Assembly: GCA_963661975.1 (NCBI GenBank)
Contig: CAVLDN010000003.1
Span: 56,323-120,322, forward strand
Origin: a bacterium
GTDB taxonomy: Bacteria > Bacillota > Clostridia > Oscillospirales > CAG-382
Direction: 5' to 3'
Length of the DNA stretch: 64,000 nt
Shown here: positions 1-9,508 of the stretch, one piece after another
How positions within the stretch are numbered: position 1 is the first letter of the stretch
How the letters are laid out: each line of letters starts with the position of its first letter
Position numbers and translations under genes: made by a program
The notes under the pieces: generated by a model
Told to the model about the DNA's origin: nothing
The model's input: the letters and a program-made list of their open reading frames with translations, nothing else
The model's database searches: none

Positions 1-197
1 GCGAAAGAAACGGGATCACCCGCTTGCAGGCGAAGCGCATTTTCGATTCGCATCCGAGAGAAAAGATACTCTTCGGCTCGGATGCTCCGTGGGCAACGCC
101 TTCGGAGGTACTGCACTTTGTGAAAAGCATTGTGACCGATGAAGAAACGCTTGAAATGATCACCCACGGCAACGCCGAAAGGCTGCTCGGGCTGTAA
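1..197 (+). CDS. amidohydrolase-family (metal-dependent hydrolase) protein, C-terminal fragment; 5' end outside window
   Basis: The frame ending at TAA 195-197 reads ...KILFGSDAPWATPSEVLHFVKSIVTDEETLEMITHGNAERLLGL*. This resembles C-termini of Amidohydro_2-type hydrolases. Confidence 0.45.
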   Translation, partial: ERNGITRLQAKRIFDSHPREKILFGSDAPWATPSEVLHFVKSIVTDEETLEMITHGNAERLLGL

Positions 198-203
198 AAA
201 AGA

Positions 204-242
204 GCCCTCCGTTTTTTGAATCCGGAGGGCTTTTCATTTTTT
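204..242 (+). terminator. rho-independent terminator of the upstream hydrolase gene
   Basis: GCCCTCCG (204-211) pairs with CGGAGGGC (223-230) as an 8-bp GC stem, followed by TTTTCATTTTTT. It starts 7 nt after the stop codon. Confidence 0.8.
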
Positions 243-336
243 CACCGAATGTTTTCAACAAAAGCGAAGTTTATTTGTAAAATACACAATACCGCACCCC
301 CCGATTTGTGATAATATACAAATAGTGAAAACCCGC

Positions 337-365
337 TTGATTATTTCCCGTTAAGGTGTTATAAT
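337..365 (+). promoter_or_regulatory. SigA-type promoter of the SBP gene
   Basis: TTGATT (337-342), 17-nt spacer, TGtTATAAT (357-365, extended -10). It lies about 40 nt upstream of ATG 407. Confidence 0.65.
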
Positions 366-406
366 ATCAAGAGCAACACAATGGAAGATTATGTCCGGAG
401 GTCACT

Positions 407-2290
407 ATGAAAAAGTTCCTTTCACTTGCACTCTGTTTTATGTTCTGTTTTCTCGCATTGGCGGGCTGCAGTTCGCTCAAAGACGATGAAAAGGGCGCAA
501 GCATTCGTATGTATTTCGCCGAGTACCCGCAGACGCTCGACCCTGCTCTCGTACAGCTCAACAGCGATACCGAGCAGATCCTTTCCATGATATTCGAGCC
601 GCTCACCACGCTCGATGAAGACGGTAAGGTCAAGCCCGCTCTTGCGACCGAATGGTACTATAAGTACGACGAAATTTATCAGCAGCACAAGATGTATTTC
701 CAGCTCAAGACCACATCCTGGAGCGACAAGCGCGTTGTCCGCGCCGATGATGTGATCTACGCATGGAGACGTATCCTCATGCCCGAAACCGACAGCCCTT
801 ATGCTGCGCTTCTCTACCCGATCAAGGGCGCGCGCGATGTCAAATCCGGCATCGGCACGATCGACGACCTCGGTCTTGCCGCCGCAAGCGACACACTCCT
901 CGAAGTGACTTTCGAAAACTATTACGATGTCGACCTCTTTGCCGAGATCGTTTCCAATATCCACCTTGCCCCCTGCCGTGAGGATATCGTCACACGCTGC
1001 GAAAACGAAGGCTCCGACTGGGCCGCTTCCGCGACGGATATCGTCTGCAACGGCAAATTCACCGTTCAGACAATGGATATGCCCAGAACGCTGAGCGAAG
1101 CCGAAAAGGACTTCGACAACTTCTCCTGTCGCCTCATTCTCGAACGCAACAGTTATTATATGCGTGACGACGAAGAAGATGCGCTCGACAAATACGTTCT
1201 TCCCTACCGCATAACCTGCTGCTTTGCAGAGGGCCAAGTCGCATATTATCCCGATGAAAAGGGCACCACGCAGGAAGCCTTCCAGGCGAAGCGCTTCATT
1301 GCCGGCGAACAGTACCTCATCACCGGTTTCAATGCCGAAACCTACAAGTATTTCGCCGACAGCAAGAAGTACGATCTCGAAACCATGCGCACTCTCAACG
1401 GCTACGCCTTCTACTTCAATAACGATAACGAGATACTTTCGGATGCCAACGCAAGAAAGGCTCTCTCCGCGGCGCTCGACCGCAAGGGCATTACCGATTC
1501 CATCGGCGTGGGCAACACCCCCGCTACCGGATGGGTTCCCACCGGAGTTTTCAACACCGGCAGAAAGACCGATTTCCGCAAGGCCGGCGGCGATAAATAC
1601 AGCACCGGCTCCGATATGGACAATGCACGCTCGCTTCTGAATTCCGCCGCAAAGAAATCCGGCACGCTCACCGTGACCTACCTCATCCCTCAGAATGTTG
1701 AAACGATTGCCAAGTATCAGAGATCCATCACCTATTCCAATGTCTATGAGGATATCGCCAAGAAGGCGGGCGAATACTGGGAATCCCTCGGCTTCACCAT
1801 CAAATACCGCGGACTCAACCCCGCAGACTTCCTTGACGCGCTTTATACCCGTGATTACGATATAATCGGCGTGAATATCATAAGCGGCTCTGCGGATGCG
1901 CTCACCTACCTTGCACCGTTTGCAAAGGAATTCAGCGGCACCTCCGTCAGCATAGACTACACCGCTTCCGACTTCTCCGAAACCTTCAACGCGCATTACA
2001 CGAATTTTGATAACGCCGAATACGGCGATATCATCAAGACCGCCGTTTACGAGAGCGACCGCGCAAAGCGCGCCGAAGCGCTCCACAAGGCAGAGGATAT
2101 GCTCACCGATCTTTGCCCTGCAACGATGGTATTCTGGTACAACAGAAGCTATGTTGCAAGCGGCGAGATCCGCGGCTATGACGACGATGCAAGCTGGTTC
2201 GGGTATATCGATTACACCGACCTCAAGCTTTCCGACTGGCGTGATGTCAACAGCAAGGAACAGTCCATAGAGAACGAACGCGCCGACTAG
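407..2290 (+). CDS. family-5 (OppA/DppA-like) peptide ABC transporter substrate-binding lipoprotein, orphan
   Basis: 627-aa ORF with SD GGAGG 6 nt before the ATG. Lipoprotein signal with lipobox LALAG|C. Size and composition are typical of cluster-C peptide/nickel SBPs. No permease or ATPase genes are adjacent. Confidence 0.8.
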   Translation: MKKFLSLALCFMFCFLALAGCSSLKDDEKGASIRMYFAEYPQTLDPALVQLNSDTEQILSMIFEPLTTLDEDGKVKPALATEWYYKYDEIYQQHKMYFQLKTTSWSDKRVVRADDVIYAWRRILMPETDSPYAALLYPIKGARDVKSGIGTIDDLGLAAASDTLLEVTFENYYDVDLFAEIVSNIHLAPCREDIVTRCENEGSDWAASATDIVCNGKFTVQTMDMPRTLSEAEKDFDNFSCRLILERNSYYMRDDEEDALDKYVLPYRITCCFAEGQVAYYPDEKGTTQEAFQAKRFIAGEQYLITGFNAETYKYFADSKKYDLETMRTLNGYAFYFNNDNEILSDANARKALSAALDRKGITDSIGVGNTPATGWVPTGVFNTGRKTDFRKAGGDKYSTGSDMDNARSLLNSAAKKSGTLTVTYLIPQNVETIAKYQRSITYSNVYEDIAKKAGEYWESLGFTIKYRGLNPADFLDALYTRDYDIIGVNIISGSADALTYLAPFAKEFSGTSVSIDYTASDFSETFNAHYTNFDNAEYGDIIKTAVYESDRAKRAEALHKAEDMLTDLCPATMVFWYNRSYVASGEIRGYDDDASWFGYIDYTDLKLSDWRDVNSKEQSIENERAD

Positions 2291-2422
2291 AAATAATCAT
2301 TCCGGTCTGCCTGCCGCGCCGAGCATAAGCAAGGTCGGCATGGAGCATTACACCGGCGTTGCCGTCGGGCACGAAGCAAACCGCCGCGGCAAACGCAAAA
2401 AGCAAAACAAATACCGACGACA

Positions 2423-2459
2423 CCGCAGAGCAGATACGTTCTGCGGTGTCTTTTTCTTT
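2423..2459 (+). terminator. rho-independent terminator
   Basis: CCGCAGA (2423-2429) pairs with TCTGCGG (2440-2446), followed by GTCTTTTTCTTT. It lies 130 nt after the SBP stop, so assignment to that gene is tentative. Confidence 0.5.
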
Positions 2460-2702
2460 GCCTGCCGCATAAAACCGAAAACCCCCTCCGCTTTTCAACC
2501 CCATACGTGTAAGCCCGCTTGCGGACGGCGGAGATCTGCTCACCAAACAGTTTTCGGCGCTGCCGGTGATAGCCGGAGCGAACCGCGGCGGGAGATGACA
2601 CAGAATGAGGCCGCAGATATGCCGTATTTAGCAAAGCCGTATTGCGCAACTCGGAAAGAAGATAATCGCACGGATGAATGAATATCCGATAAAGCAAAAC
2701 TA

Positions 2703-2731
2703 TTGACTTTGCGGCGGTGAAGGTTTATAAT
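2703..2731 (+). promoter_or_regulatory. near-consensus SigA-type promoter of the NYN gene
   Basis: TTGACT (2703-2708), exactly 17 nt, TATAAT (2726-2731). Confidence 0.7.
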
Positions 2732-2766
2732 CGGCAGTGTAAAATAACGCGAAAGGAGGTATTGTT

Positions 2767-3555
2767 ATAGGGTTTTTCAAAAAGGAACCGGCAAAAGAAG
2801 AAAGCCATTCCTGCCACCTGCCGAAGGCTGCCGCGTTTGTTGATTACGAGCATTGGTATATATCGCTCAAAAACAATTACGGCCTGCAGCCGAATATCGG
2901 CGCATGGTTTGCGGATCTGAACTCGCAGTTCAACCTTGTCGAGGTCAATTTCTTTGCCGATTTCTCACACAAAAGCCTTGCTGACGAGATAGGCAGGATA
3001 CGCCTTTATTCCAACAAGATAATCGATACAAGAAGCCCGAACGGCGTCCAAAAGGATTTTACCGACTTCATCATACTCGATAACATTTATCAAAAGGCTT
3101 TATCGTCCGACGATATCGATGTTTTCATTTTGCTTTCCGGCGACGGGCATTTCAGTTCCGTTACCGCATTCCTGAAAAATTTTTATCGCAAAGAGGTCGT
3201 AATATACGGAGTCAACGGTTCTTTTTCCAAGCAGCTCCGCGAAACGGCGAGCCGTTTTTACGTGCTCCCCACCGAAAGTGATATAAACGAAAGCTTTTAC
3301 CGCTGCATCTTCGATTATCTTAAAAAGAGTCCGAACCCGAGCTACAACGAAGCAATAGCCGAGACACAGAAGAAGTGCCACGGCGGTGCCACAAAGCAGG
3401 CGATCGCAAATGCGATGAAGACGCTCACTGAAAACGACATTATTTCGGAACGCACCGTCGGTTTCGGAAGGCCGGGGCAAAAAGGAAAGAAAGAAAAGCT
3501 TTTATTTGTCGATTGGGAAAAGGCAGAAGCGTTCATGAAGGAAAAAAACGGTTGA
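2767..3555 (+). CDS. NYN/LabA-like (PIN-related nuclease fold) protein; start codon non-canonical and uncertain (ATA 2767, ATT 2761 or CTG 2818)
   Basis: The frame is open from the stop at 2740-2742 to TGA 3553-3555. It encodes AAFVDYEHWYISLKNNYG...DFIILDNIY...DVFILLSGDGHF...VVIYGV, the LabA/NYN pattern. Strong SD AAAGGAGG at 2752-2759. The first ATG/GTG/TTG in frame is TTG 3130, inside the conserved core, so the 141-aa ORF in the track is a truncation. Confidence 0.6.
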   Translation: MGFFKKEPAKEESHSCHLPKAAAFVDYEHWYISLKNNYGLQPNIGAWFADLNSQFNLVEVNFFADFSHKSLADEIGRIRLYSNKIIDTRSPNGVQKDFTDFIILDNIYQKALSSDDIDVFILLSGDGHFSSVTAFLKNFYRKEVVIYGVNGSFSKQLRETASRFYVLPTESDINESFYRCIFDYLKKSPNPSYNEAIAETQKKCHGGATKQAIANAMKTLTENDIISERTVGFGRPGQKGKKEKLLFVDWEKAEAFMKEKNG

Positions 3556-3572
3556 TTTCACCCCGTTTTTTC
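3544..3572 (+). terminator. weak A/U-rich hairpin overlapping the NYN stop codon (possible terminator)
   Basis: AAAAACGG (3544-3551) pairs with CCGTTTTT (3563-3570) around an 11-nt loop. The U tract is part of the stem, so function is doubtful. Confidence 0.3.
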
Positions 3573-3593
3573 GAAAAAAACTATCAAATGCTA

Positions 3594-3622
3594 TTGTAAA
3601 ACACTTTGCCGTGTGTTATAAT
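3594..3622 (+). promoter_or_regulatory. SigA-type promoter of the rimP-nusA-infB operon
   Basis: TTGTAA (3594-3599), 17 nt, TGtTATAAT (3614-3622, extended -10). Confidence 0.7.
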
Positions 3623-3649
3623 AGCACCATAAAGAACAGTAAGGTATCA

Positions 3650-3674
3650 AAGAGAGGGTTAATCGCCCTCTCTT
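3650..3674 (+). promoter_or_regulatory. leader stem-loop of the rimP-nusA operon (candidate attenuator)
   Basis: AAGAGAGGG (3650-3658) pairs with CCCTCTCTT (3666-3674) as a 9-bp stem, followed by GATTTCATAAT. It sits between the predicted TSS (about 3629) and the rimP SD GGGAGG (3686-3691). Confidence 0.4.
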
Positions 3675-3697
3675 GATTTCATAATGGGAGGATATTC

Positions 3698-4210
3698 ATG
3701 GCGGAAAAAAAGTCCGGGATCGCCGCGCGTGTGCGCGAGTCTGTCGAGGAGCTGATCACAAACGCGGGCTACAATCTTTGGAATGTGGATTATTACAAAG
3801 AAGGCCCGGAAATGATACTCGAGATTTCCATAGATAAAGAAGGCGGCATTTCCATAAACGACTGCGCCGTTGTCACAAGGCTGATCGAGCCGGTCATCGA
3901 CGAACTCGATCCTATCGAGGAAAGCTATTGCCTGCAGGTATCTTCTGCCGGAACGGTGCGCCCGCTCACACGCGAAGAACACATCCGTTTTGCTTCGGAA
4001 TCGGGCTTGCAGGTCGCCGTCGGGCTGTTTACCGCCATCGACGGCAGCAAGGAACTCACCGGTGTTATCGAGGAATTTACCGGCGATGAAATACTTCTCA
4101 ACTGCGGCGGTAAGCGCCACAGCATACCCAAAAAACAAATCACAAAAATAAATGCAGAATTCGGATCCGCAGAGGGCAGCGCCCCGGAAGCGGAGCGGGA
4201 CAAGGAGTGA
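3698..4210 (+). CDS. rimP: ribosome maturation factor RimP
   Basis: 170 aa, first gene of the nusA operon. Sequence pattern ...LEISIDKEGGISINDCAVVTRLIEPVIDELDPIEESYCLQVSSAG... is typical of RimP. Confidence 0.9.
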   Translation: MAEKKSGIAARVRESVEELITNAGYNLWNVDYYKEGPEMILEISIDKEGGISINDCAVVTRLIEPVIDELDPIEESYCLQVSSAGTVRPLTREEHIRFASESGLQVAVGLFTAIDGSKELTGVIEEFTGDEILLNCGGKRHSIPKKQITKINAEFGSAEGSAPEAERDKE

Positions 4211-4214
4211 AAAA

Positions 4215-5267
4215 ATGAACAAGGAACTGTTTGAAGCGCTCGACGCGCTCGAAAAAGACAAAGGCATTTCCAAGGATTACATGATCGAACGGATCGAGGC
4301 GGCTTTGCTTTCGGCATACCGCAAGGAAAGCGCCGGCTGCGAAAACGCGCGGGTGAAGCTCGATCCCGTCAAGCAGGATGTAAAGATCTACAAACAACTC
4401 ACTGTTGTGGATGAGGTCATAGACGACCGCACGGAGATCAGTCTTGCCGATGCGATGATGAAATCCAAAAAATACAAGCTCGGCGATGTTTACGAAATCG
4501 AACTCAAGCCCAAGAATTTCGGGCGTATCGCCGCACAGGCCGCAAAGCAGGTCATTATCCAGGGCATCCGCGAAGCGGAACGCGGAAACATGATCCGCGA
4601 ATACGAAGAAAAGAAGGAAGAAATCGTTTCCGCCGTTGTTGTCCGTGTCGATCCGACCACCGGCAGTGCAACGCTTGAAATCGGCAAAAACGAAATGGTC
4701 CTCTTCCGCAACGAGCAGATCCCCGGTGAAACTCTTTCCGTGGGCGACAGAATCAAGGTTTTCATCACCGAAATCAAGAAGGAAACACGCGGTCCGAGCA
4801 TCGTGCTTTCACGCGCTCATCCCGGGCTTGTCGGCCGTTTGTTCGAACTTGAGGTTCCCGAAATACGCGACGGCGTAGTGGAAATAAAGCGCATCGCGCG
4901 TGAAGCGGGCAGCCGCACTAAGATCGCCGTGCTTTCCAATGACGAACACGTCGATGCCGTCGGCTCCTGCATCGGGCCCAAAGGCATACGCAAAAACAAT
5001 GTCACCGCAGAGCTTTGCGGCGAAAAGATAGATATTATCCAGTACAACGACAATGTCGAGGAGTTTATCAGTGCCGCGCTCGCACCCGCAACCGTGGAAT
5101 CGGTCGCAAAGCTTCCCGAATCCGACAGAGCATACCGCGTTATCGTCGCCGACGATCAGCTTTCGCTTGCCATCGGAAAGGAAGGGCAGAACGCGCGCCT
5201 TGCCGCAAAGCTTACCGGCTGCAAGATAGATATTAAAAGCAGCAAGAGCGCTTCGGAGCAGGAATAA
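4215..5267 (+). CDS. nusA: transcription termination/antitermination factor NusA
   Basis: ATG 4215 follows SD AAGGAG and lies 4 nt after the rimP stop; the track start at 4152 overlaps rimP. The N-terminus MNKELFEALDALEKDKGISKDYM, S1 and KH regions match NusA. Confidence 0.95.
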   Translation: MNKELFEALDALEKDKGISKDYMIERIEAALLSAYRKESAGCENARVKLDPVKQDVKIYKQLTVVDEVIDDRTEISLADAMMKSKKYKLGDVYEIELKPKNFGRIAAQAAKQVIIQGIREAERGNMIREYEEKKEEIVSAVVVRVDPTTGSATLEIGKNEMVLFRNEQIPGETLSVGDRIKVFITEIKKETRGPSIVLSRAHPGLVGRLFELEVPEIRDGVVEIKRIAREAGSRTKIAVLSNDEHVDAVGSCIGPKGIRKNNVTAELCGEKIDIIQYNDNVEEFISAALAPATVESVAKLPESDRAYRVIVADDQLSLAIGKEGQNARLAAKLTGCKIDIKSSKSASEQE

Positions 5268-5285
5268 CGCAGGAGGTGAGCTTCA

Positions 5286-5555
5286 TTGACCGAAAGGAAG
5301 GAACCGCTTCGCAAATGCATCGGCTGCAACGAAATGCACCCGAAGCGCGAGCTTATACGGATAGTCCGCGATAAAGACGGGGCAATGAATGTCGATATGA
5401 CGGGCAAGCTCGCCGGCAGAGGCGCATATATCTGCAAGAGCAGAGAGTGCCTGAAAGCCGCGGCAAAGTCAAAGCGACTCGAAAAGGCATTCAAATGCAG
5501 CATTCCGCAGGATATTTATACCGGGCTTGAAGAGCAAATACCCGAGGATCGGTAA
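5286..5555 (+). CDS. ylxR: YlxR/DUF448 family RNA-binding protein
   Basis: 89 aa with a TTG start after AGGAGG. Contains RKCIGC...ELIRIV, the DUF448 signature. Conserved position between nusA and infB. Confidence 0.85.
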   Translation: MTERKEPLRKCIGCNEMHPKRELIRIVRDKDGAMNVDMTGKLAGRGAYICKSRECLKAAAKSKRLEKAFKCSIPQDIYTGLEEQIPEDR

Positions 5556-5572
5556 AAAGGGGGCAATACACC

Positions 5573-5890
5573 TTGAAAAAGAATACAGCAGGCGTTATCG
5601 GGCTTGCAAAACGCGCCGGTGCGGTCACCGTAGGTGCGGAAAGCACGCTTGAAGCGATCCGCGGCGGCAAAGCAAAGCTTGTGCTTGTCGCACAGGATGC
5701 ATCCGATAACACGAAAAAGTCGATCGGAGATAAATGTGCTTATTATTCGGTCTGCTCTGAGGAGATCGATGCGACGGTTACGGAGCTGGGCAGTGCCGTG
5801 GGCAAGCGACCGGCGGCAACGGTGGCATTCACCGATCCCAACTTCGTGAAGGCATACCGCAAAAGCCTTCAAAACAGCCAAGCCGATTAG
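5573..5890 (+). CDS. ylxQ: L7Ae-family ribosomal-protein-like protein (YlxQ)
   Basis: 105 aa, [35 protein letters not shown] motif. Conserved position upstream of infB. Confidence 0.8.
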   Translation: MKKNTAGVIGLAKRAGAVTVGAESTLEAIRGGKAKLVLVAQDASDNTKKSIGDKCAYYSVCSEEIDATVTELGSAVGKRPAATVAFTDPNFVKAYRKSLQNSQAD

Positions 5891-5910
5891 ACGGAAAGAG
5901 GGGTTACAAT

Positions 5911-8217
5911 ATGGCAACAACGAGTGAAAAAATCAGAATAAATACCCTTGCCAAGGATTTCGATATAAAGAGCAAGGATCTTCTGAACATACTTGAAAAC
6001 GCGGGGTATACCGGCAAAACACACATGGCGGTACTCGAAGAGGATGAGCTCAATCTGCTTTTCGAGACCATCACGCAGAACAATCAGGTGGATCTTACCG
6101 CTTATCTTAAAACCTACGAGGATAAGAAAAACGCCCGCAAGGAGGAAGAGCGCAAGAAGCTGGAAGCAGCCCGCGCCGCCGCCGAGGAGGAAAAGCGCAA
6201 AAAAAGAGAAGCCGCAGGCATAAAAGCGCAGCCGCAGAAAAAGCGCTCGCGCGATGAAGTCCGTGTTGTGGATACACGCGGCAACGCCGGTGTCGATCTT
6301 TCCAAGTATGATGAAAAGATACTGAAATACGATACCGCGCCCGAAACGCAGACAAGCGTTCAGAAGATCAAAAAGAAGAATAAATTTGCGGACAATCAGC
6401 CCAAGGGCAAAAAACAGTTTGACAAGAAGGGCATGAAGCAGCCGCAGAAGCCGGTCCAGAAGCCCAAGCCCGTTCAGCTCAAAATAACCGTCCCCGAAAC
6501 CATCACGGTAACGGAGCTTGCATCCCGCATGAAGACAGCGGCGGCAGAGGTTATCAAAAAGCTCATGGCAATGGGCACGATGGTCACCGTAAACGAATCT
6601 ATCGATTACGACACCGCATACCTTATCGCCGACGAATTCGGCATAAAGGTGGAACGCGAAGTCGTTGTCACGCTTGAGGATAAGCTTTTCGACGAAACCG
6701 CGGACAGCGAAGAAAGCCTCGTTCCGCGTGCACCGGTCATTGTTGTTATGGGCCATGTCGACCACGGCAAGACATCATTGCTTGATGCGATACGCAACAC
6801 AAACGTTACCGCAGGCGAAGCGGGCGGTATAACACAGCATATCGGCGCATACAGGGTATCTATCGGCGGAAGAGATATCACATTCCTCGACACCCCCGGT
6901 CACGCCGCATTCACCGCAATGCGTGCGAGAGGTGCGAACCTCACGGATATCGCGGTGCTTGTTGTCGCCGCGGACGACGGCATCATGCCGCAGACGATCG
7001 AAGCGATCAACCACGCAAAGGCAGCGGGCGTTTCGATAATCGTCGCGATAAACAAGATTGACCGTCCGGGTGCAGATCCGGAGCGTGTCAAGACCGAACT
7101 CACGAAATACGACCTTGTTCCCGAGGAATGGGGCGGCGATACGATATGCGTTCCCGTTTCGGCACTCAAACACACCGGCATAAGCGAGCTTCTCGACATG
7201 ATCGTGCTTTCCGCAGATATGCTCGAACTCAAAGCAAATCCGAACCGTCCGGCAAAAGGCGTTGTTATCGAAGCAAAACTGGATAAGGGCAGGGGCGCGG
7301 TTGCGACACTGCTTGTCCAGAACGGCACGCTTAAAAACGGCGATATAATCATAGCCGGCTCCGCAGTGGGCAGAGTCCGTGTTATGACGGACGACAAGGG
7401 CAGGAAGATCAATTCCGCAGGTCCCTCCGTTCCGGTGGAAATAATGGGCCTTGCGGAAGTTCCCGAAGCGGGCGATATGTTCAACGCGGTAAGCGACGAA
7501 CGCATGGCGCGTGAGCTTGCGGAACAGCGCAGGGCAAAGAAGAATGAAGAAGAACGCGGCGCGGGCAAGGTCAACCTCGACGACCTGTTCGCCCAGATCG
7601 AAAGCGGCGTAAAGAGCCTGAACATCATCGTGAAAGCGGATGTGCAGGGTTCTGCGGAAGCGGTCAAATCCAGCCTCGAGAAGCTTTCCGGCGACGAAGT
7701 CAAGGTCAACGTGCTTCACGCGGCGGCAGGCGGTATCACCGAAAGCGATATCATGCTTGCAAACGCCTCCAATGCGATAATCGTGGGCTTCAATGTCCGC
7801 CCGGACAAGAACGCAAGTGATCTTGCCGCACGCGATAAGGTCGATATCCGCACCTACCGTGTCATTTACGATTGCATAGACGAAATCCAGGCAGCCCTTA
7901 AAGGTATGCTTGCCCCGCAGTACAAAGAAAACATTATCGGCCACGCAGAAGTCCGCAACGCGATCCATGTACCCTCTGTCGGCACCATTGCCGGTTCCTA
8001 TGTCACGGACGGCAAGGTCGCCCGCAATGCACTTGTCCGCGTAGTGCGCGACAGTGTCGTTATCGCAGAGGACAAGATATCCTCACTCAAACGCTTCAAG
8101 GATGACGCAAAAGAAGTCCTGCAATCCTTCGAATGCGGCATAGGGCTTGAAAAGTTCAACGATATCAAGGTCGGCGATGTGCTTGAATGCTACATGATGG
8201 AGGAGATCGAGCGCTGA
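5911..8217 (+). CDS. infB: translation initiation factor IF-2
   Basis: 768 aa with a Lys/Glu-rich N-terminal region and G-domain motifs [23 protein letters not shown]. Confidence 0.97.
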   Translation: MATTSEKIRINTLAKDFDIKSKDLLNILENAGYTGKTHMAVLEEDELNLLFETITQNNQVDLTAYLKTYEDKKNARKEEERKKLEAARAAAEEEKRKKREAAGIKAQPQKKRSRDEVRVVDTRGNAGVDLSKYDEKILKYDTAPETQTSVQKIKKKNKFADNQPKGKKQFDKKGMKQPQKPVQKPKPVQLKITVPETITVTELASRMKTAAAEVIKKLMAMGTMVTVNESIDYDTAYLIADEFGIKVEREVVVTLEDKLFDETADSEESLVPRAPVIVVMGHVDHGKTSLLDAIRNTNVTAGEAGGITQHIGAYRVSIGGRDITFLDTPGHAAFTAMRARGANLTDIAVLVVAADDGIMPQTIEAINHAKAAGVSIIVAINKIDRPGADPERVKTELTKYDLVPEEWGGDTICVPVSALKHTGISELLDMIVLSADMLELKANPNRPAKGVVIEAKLDKGRGAVATLLVQNGTLKNGDIIIAGSAVGRVRVMTDDKGRKINSAGPSVPVEIMGLAEVPEAGDMFNAVSDERMARELAEQRRAKKNEEERGAGKVNLDDLFAQIESGVKSLNIIVKADVQGSAEAVKSSLEKLSGDEVKVNVLHAAAGGITESDIMLANASNAIIVGFNVRPDKNASDLAARDKVDIRTYRVIYDCIDEIQAALKGMLAPQYKENIIGHAEVRNAIHVPSVGTIAGSYVTDGKVARNALVRVVRDSVVIAEDKISSLKRFKDDAKEVLQSFECGIGLEKFNDIKVGDVLECYMMEEIER

Positions 8218-8561
8218 TGAGTAATCACAGACAGGATCGGCTCAACACCGCGGTGTGCGCAGAGCTTGCCGCGATAATGCGCGATGTCAAGGATCCGCGC
8301 GTTTCGGGTGCATTCATCAGCATCGCGGGCGCAAATGTCTCCCCGGATCTGAGCGAAGCGAAGATTTATTACAGTGTTCTTGGCGACGATACCGGGGTTG
8401 ACAAGGGCATTGCCTCCGCCGCGGGATTTATCCGCAGCGAGCTTGCAAAGCGGCTTGACCTGCGTGTTACGCCCAAACTGCACTTTGTGCGCGACAACAA
8501 TACCGAACGTGCGATGAATATTTCGCGCATATTGAAGGATATTGAGGACGGTACCCGATGA
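8217..8561 (+). CDS. rbfA: ribosome-binding factor A
   Basis: ATG 8217 overlaps the infB TGA by 1 nt (TGATG). 114 aa; the track start at 8187 lies inside infB. Typical RbfA sequence and position. Confidence 0.9.
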   Translation: MSNHRQDRLNTAVCAELAAIMRDVKDPRVSGAFISIAGANVSPDLSEAKIYYSVLGDDTGVDKGIASAAGFIRSELAKRLDLRVTPKLHFVRDNNTERAMNISRILKDIEDGTR

Positions 8562-9508
8562 ACCTTTTGAACATCACCGAAGCCGCCGCGTTTCTTTCCG
8601 CCTGCGGCGATTGCATCGTATATACGCACACCACGCCTGACGGCGACACTATCGGCAGCGGCACGGCGCTCGTTCTGGCGCTCCGCGCTGCCGGGAAGAA
8701 TGCCTTTGCCGTCAATGCGGACGGAATACCGAAAAAACTTGATTTTCTTCCGACAAACGGCATTTTCGCCGAAGAGCCGGATAATATCGGAGAATACACG
8801 CTCATAAGTGTTGATATTGCGGGCGAAAGAATGCTCGGTTCCATACGCGCAAGGCGATTCGACCTTTCCATCGATCACCACAAGGTGAACACGGTGGAAT
8901 GCGACAACCTTCTGCTCATGGCGGATAAGATCGCCGCAGGTGAGATAATCTACCACCTTATCAAGGCGCTCGGCACCGAAATGACAAAGGACATAGCCGC
9001 CTGCCTATACACGGCGATATGCTCTGACAGCGGCGGGTTCAAATATGACCTTGTCACGGCGGAAACCTACCGCATTGCCGCGGAAACGGTGGAAACCGGG
9101 ATAGATTTCCCCGAAATCAACCGTCGGCTTTTCGAATGTAAGACAAAAACGCAGATCGCACTTGAAAGGCTCGCTTACGAAAGTCTTACATTTGTGTGCG
9201 ACGGCAGATTTGCGCTTTGTGCCATTCCGCCCGAAAAAGCGGAGGAACTCTCCCCCGCCGATACCGATTACGACAGCCTGAACAATATCCCGCGTGAGAT
9301 CGAGGGCGTGCTTGCAAGCGCCGTCATCCGCAGGAAAAACGGGGCATTCAAGGTCTCCATGCGTTCCAATGCCGCCATAGATGTTTCCGCCATTGCGGCT
9401 GCAAACGGCGGCGGCGGGCATTTCCACGCAGCGGGCTTTACCCTTACGGGGAGCTTCGGCAACGCCGTGGAAACCGTAAAAAGGATATTCACGGAGCTTG
9501 AAGTATGA
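8558..9508 (+). CDS. DHH/DHHA1 family phosphoesterase (NrnA-like oligoribonuclease/pAp phosphatase)
   Basis: ATGA overlap with rbfA. Motifs HTTPDGDTIGS, DLSIDHH, GGGHFHAAGF. Confidence 0.85.
   Translation: MNLLNITEAAAFLSACGDCIVYTHTTPDGDTIGSGTALVLALRAAGKNAFAVNADGIPKKLDFLPTNGIFAEEPDNIGEYTLISVDIAGERMLGSIRARRFDLSIDHHKVNTVECDNLLLMADKIAAGEIIYHLIKALGTEMTKDIAACLYTAICSDSGGFKYDLVTAETYRIAAETVETGIDFPEINRRLFECKTKTQIALERLAYESLTFVCDGRFALCAIPPEKAEELSPADTDYDSLNNIPREIEGVLASAVIRRKNGAFKVSMRSNAAIDVSAIAAANGGGGHFHAAGFTLTGSFGNAVETVKRIFTELEV

Noticed and set aside
2460-2702. About 240 bp of unassigned DNA between the SBP terminator and the NYN promoter, examined for a riboswitch, sRNA or small ORF.
   Set aside because: No consensus riboswitch motif, no convincing promoter-hairpin-terminator unit, and the candidate small ORFs lack an SD or overlap the terminator. 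It is probably decayed sequence, but a homology search could still reveal a relic.
2762-2770. Mini-ORF TTG-TTA-TAG starting 2 nt after the SD of the NYN gene, considered as a possible regulatory uORF.
   Set aside because: The SD spacing of 2 nt is too short for initiation. It is noted only as part of the start-codon puzzle of the NYN gene.
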